A stretch of DNA of 63,498 nt, filler included. It is 5 parts of 5 records of this genome, joined end to end, with 100 filler letters (N's around TTAATTAATTAA, not from the genome) between each part and the next. Parts side by side here need not be neighbours in the genome. Positions count along the whole stretch, not along the records: positions 60,106 to 63,498 come from SRR20825010_5841; 4 more parts are not named here. The stretch is one strand, 5' to 3'. The notes beneath the pieces were generated by a model. That model was not told the DNA's origin and ran no database searches. It worked only from the letters and a program-made list of their open reading frames with translations. The position numbers and the translations under genes were made by a program. Within the stretch, counting starts at the first letter, position 1; each line of letters starts with the position of its first letter. Below are positions 61,647 to 63,498 of the stretch, in pieces.

Positions 61647-63497
61647 TTAGATAGCTCGCATTCGTTTCAGGAAGGCTGCAGCAGCCTCATCCAGTTTCAC
61701 AGATTCCTGTGTCAGTCCCTGAGCAGCAACCAGCATGTCATTGGCGGCTGTTCCACTGTCACTTGCTGCCTGAGAAACGCCTGAGATGTTATTGGTCACC
61801 TCAGCTGTTCCACGAGCGGCTTCAGCCACATTACGGGATATCTCATTGGTGGCAGCAGTCTGTTCTTCGACAGCACTCGCAATGGTTGTTGAAATTTCAT
61901 CAATCTTGCGGATGCTTTCTCCAATCGAGCCAATCGCAGAAACAGCGATATTTGTTGATCCCTGGATGGCACCAATCTTTTCGCTGATCTCTTCAGTCGC
62001 ACGGGCAGTCTGACGCGCCAGTTCTTTCACTTCATTGGCAACTACAGCAAATCCTTTACCGGCTTCACCAGCACGGGCTGCTTCAATCGTCGCATTCAAA
62101 GCCAGCAGGTTCGTCTGCTGAGCGATGGAAGTAATCACCTTCACGACCTGACCAATTTCACTGCTGGCATCACCCAACTGCTTAATTGTTTCATTGGTTC
62201 GATCTGCTTCTCCCACAGCCTGCGACGTCATGTGAGACTGCTCCTGAACGTGGCGTGAGATCTCGCTGATCGAGGCACTCAATTCTTCTGCAGCAGAAGA
62301 GACGGTCTCCACATTTCGGGTTGCCTCTTCACTGGCCGCGGCGACCACTTGAGACTGCCGTGCTGTTTCATCGGACATATCTGACAGACTCTTGGAGCTG
62401 GCCTGCATCTCGGTAGCTGACGAAGTCACCACGCTGACAATGCCCTGAATTTCGGTCTCAAAATCATTTGCCATTTTGATCTGTTCTGTAACCACAGACC
62501 AGGAAACCATTGGACCAATATAATTGCCTTCCCGGTCCATAATAGCCGTTGCCAGCAGGTCCAGGGTTTCGTCACCGACTTTGATCTTGGCACGGTGAGG
62601 TAGATTTGACGGATCGGTCAGCAGTCGTCGCTGCATTTCCGGATTCTTATGAAAAATGTCAATACTCTGGCCAATCAACTGGTCGACCGGTTTTGGCAGT
62701 AGATGCTCAAGTTCTTTCAACTGTTTGTAAGAAGCAGGATTCATATAGACCATCTCGAAGTCTTTGTTCGCGAGCAGAACATTGATCGGAATATTGTCCA
62801 TCATGTTCTGTACGCGGACCATATCATCTTCAGCCAGTTTTTTTGCTGTAATGTCTGATGCATACTTGACAACTTTAAACAACTTGCCGGCCTTATTGCG
62901 GATCGGATTATAGGAAGCGGAAATCCAGACTTCCTTGCCTCCCTTGCCAATCCGCTTGTATTCAGCAATCTGGTTCAGACCTGCATTCAGTTTTTCCCAG
63001 AACTCCTTGTATTCATTGCTGATTTGATACTCAGGTTCGACAAACAGTCTGTGATGCTTTCCCTGAATTTCTTCCAGAGAATACCCAAGGGTAGCACAGA
63101 AATTATGATTGGCCGTAATGATCGTGCCATCCATATTAAATTCAATAACCGCCTGGGCATCACTGATGGCTCCCAGCTGTCCGGAATAATCGCAAAGTTC
63201 TTCTTCCTGTTTCGCCTGCTTCGTTACATCTTCCCAGATGAGAACAGTTCCTGCAGAGGCAAGTGGATTCAGACTGATTTTAAGAGAACGATTTCCAAGA
63301 GAAGTCGTAATGGATGTCTCTGCAGTCAACCCCGTCAGTGCAGACTGCAGTTCAGGCAGCTTCACAAACAGCAGGCTGATTGAGCCACCGACCAGTTGCT
63401 GAGGGTTCACTCCCAGATCAGTGCTCAGCTCCTGAAGTGTCGCCTGACCTTTACGATTCACATACGTGACTATCCCTTCCTTATTCAGAAACAGAAT
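61647..63497 (-). CDS. Multi-PAS methyl-accepting chemotaxis protein, 5'-truncated, no TM in the visible part
   Basis: PAS domains (AVIEFNMDG..., SIDIFHKNP); [30 protein letters not shown] signalling tip. Confidence 0.93.
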   Translation of the reverse strand: MLFLNKEGIVTYVNRKGQATLQELSTDLGVNPQQLVGGSISLLFVKLPELQSALTGLTAETSITTSLGNRSLKISLNPLASAGTVLIWEDVTKQAKQEEELCDYSGQLGAISDAQAVIEFNMDGTIITANHNFCATLGYSLEEIQGKHHRLFVEPEYQISNEYKEFWEKLNAGLNQIAEYKRIGKGGKEVWISASYNPIRNKAGKLFKVVKYASDITAKKLAEDDMVRVQNMMDNIPINVLLANKDFEMVYMNPASYKQLKELEHLLPKPVDQLIGQSIDIFHKNPEMQRRLLTDPSNLPHRAKIKVGDETLDLLATAIMDREGNYIGPMVSWSVVTEQIKMANDFETEIQGIVSVVTSSATEMQASSKSLSDMSDETARQSQVVAAASEEATRNVETVSSAAEELSASISEISRHVQEQSHMTSQAVGEADRTNETIKQLGDASSEIGQVVKVITSIAQQTNLLALNATIEAARAGEAGKGFAVVANEVKELARQTARATEEISEKIGAIQGSTNIAVSAIGSIGESIRKIDEISTTIASAVEEQTAATNEISRNVAEAARGTAEVTNNISGVSQAASDSGTAANDMLVAAQGLTQESVKLDEAAAAFLKRMRAI

Positions 63498-63498
63498 G

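Overview
The window is five unrelated contig fragments joined by artificial 100-nt spacers (N44-TTAATTAATTAA-N44 at 9896-9995, 17548-17647, 34237-34336, 60006-60105), so gene neighbourhoods across spacers mean nothing. (1) 1-9895, GC-rich alphaproteobacterium: periplasmic FDH3-type formate dehydrogenase operon extended by a small lipoprotein, a WD40-cytochrome c fusion, a 43-aa membrane peptide, a second cytochrome c and a TaoR-like regulator; then tungstate ABC transporter tupBCA, divergent from boxC. (2) 9996-17547, alphaproteobacterium (Parvibaculaceae-like, inferred): two tandem BMP binding proteins, two small proteins, a Baeyer-Villiger-type monooxygenase, ompW, mltF and an acyl-CoA dehydrogenase end. 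(3) 17648-34236, similar organism: gyrB end, class A PBP, zinc peptidase-like gene, leuA with a leaderless Leu-rich leader peptide, SCO, ankyrin protein, MBL hydrolase, regBA, mmcB, APH-like kinase, diiron protein and RND/MMPL transporter. (4) 34337-60005, Rhodopirellula-like planctomycete: DUF1559, nucleoside hydrolase, TIGR03790-like protein, a 10-gene Mrp-type operon with three MrpD paralogs and His-rich inserts, two Cys-conserving TPR paralogs, a beta-propeller, an XylR-type regulator, two sulfatases, a frameshifted gene and an esterase. (5) 60106-63498, lower-GC planctomycete-like (Gimesia-like, inferred) chemotaxis fragment. No rRNA, tRNA, CRISPR array or transposase was seen. The best candidates for uncharacterised systems are the Fdh accessory module (WD40-cyt c, small proteins, cyt c, TaoR-like regulator, Tup) and the Cys-conserving TPR pair upstream of the His-decorated Mrp operon. 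All family and taxon calls come from reading motifs by eye; no database search was run.
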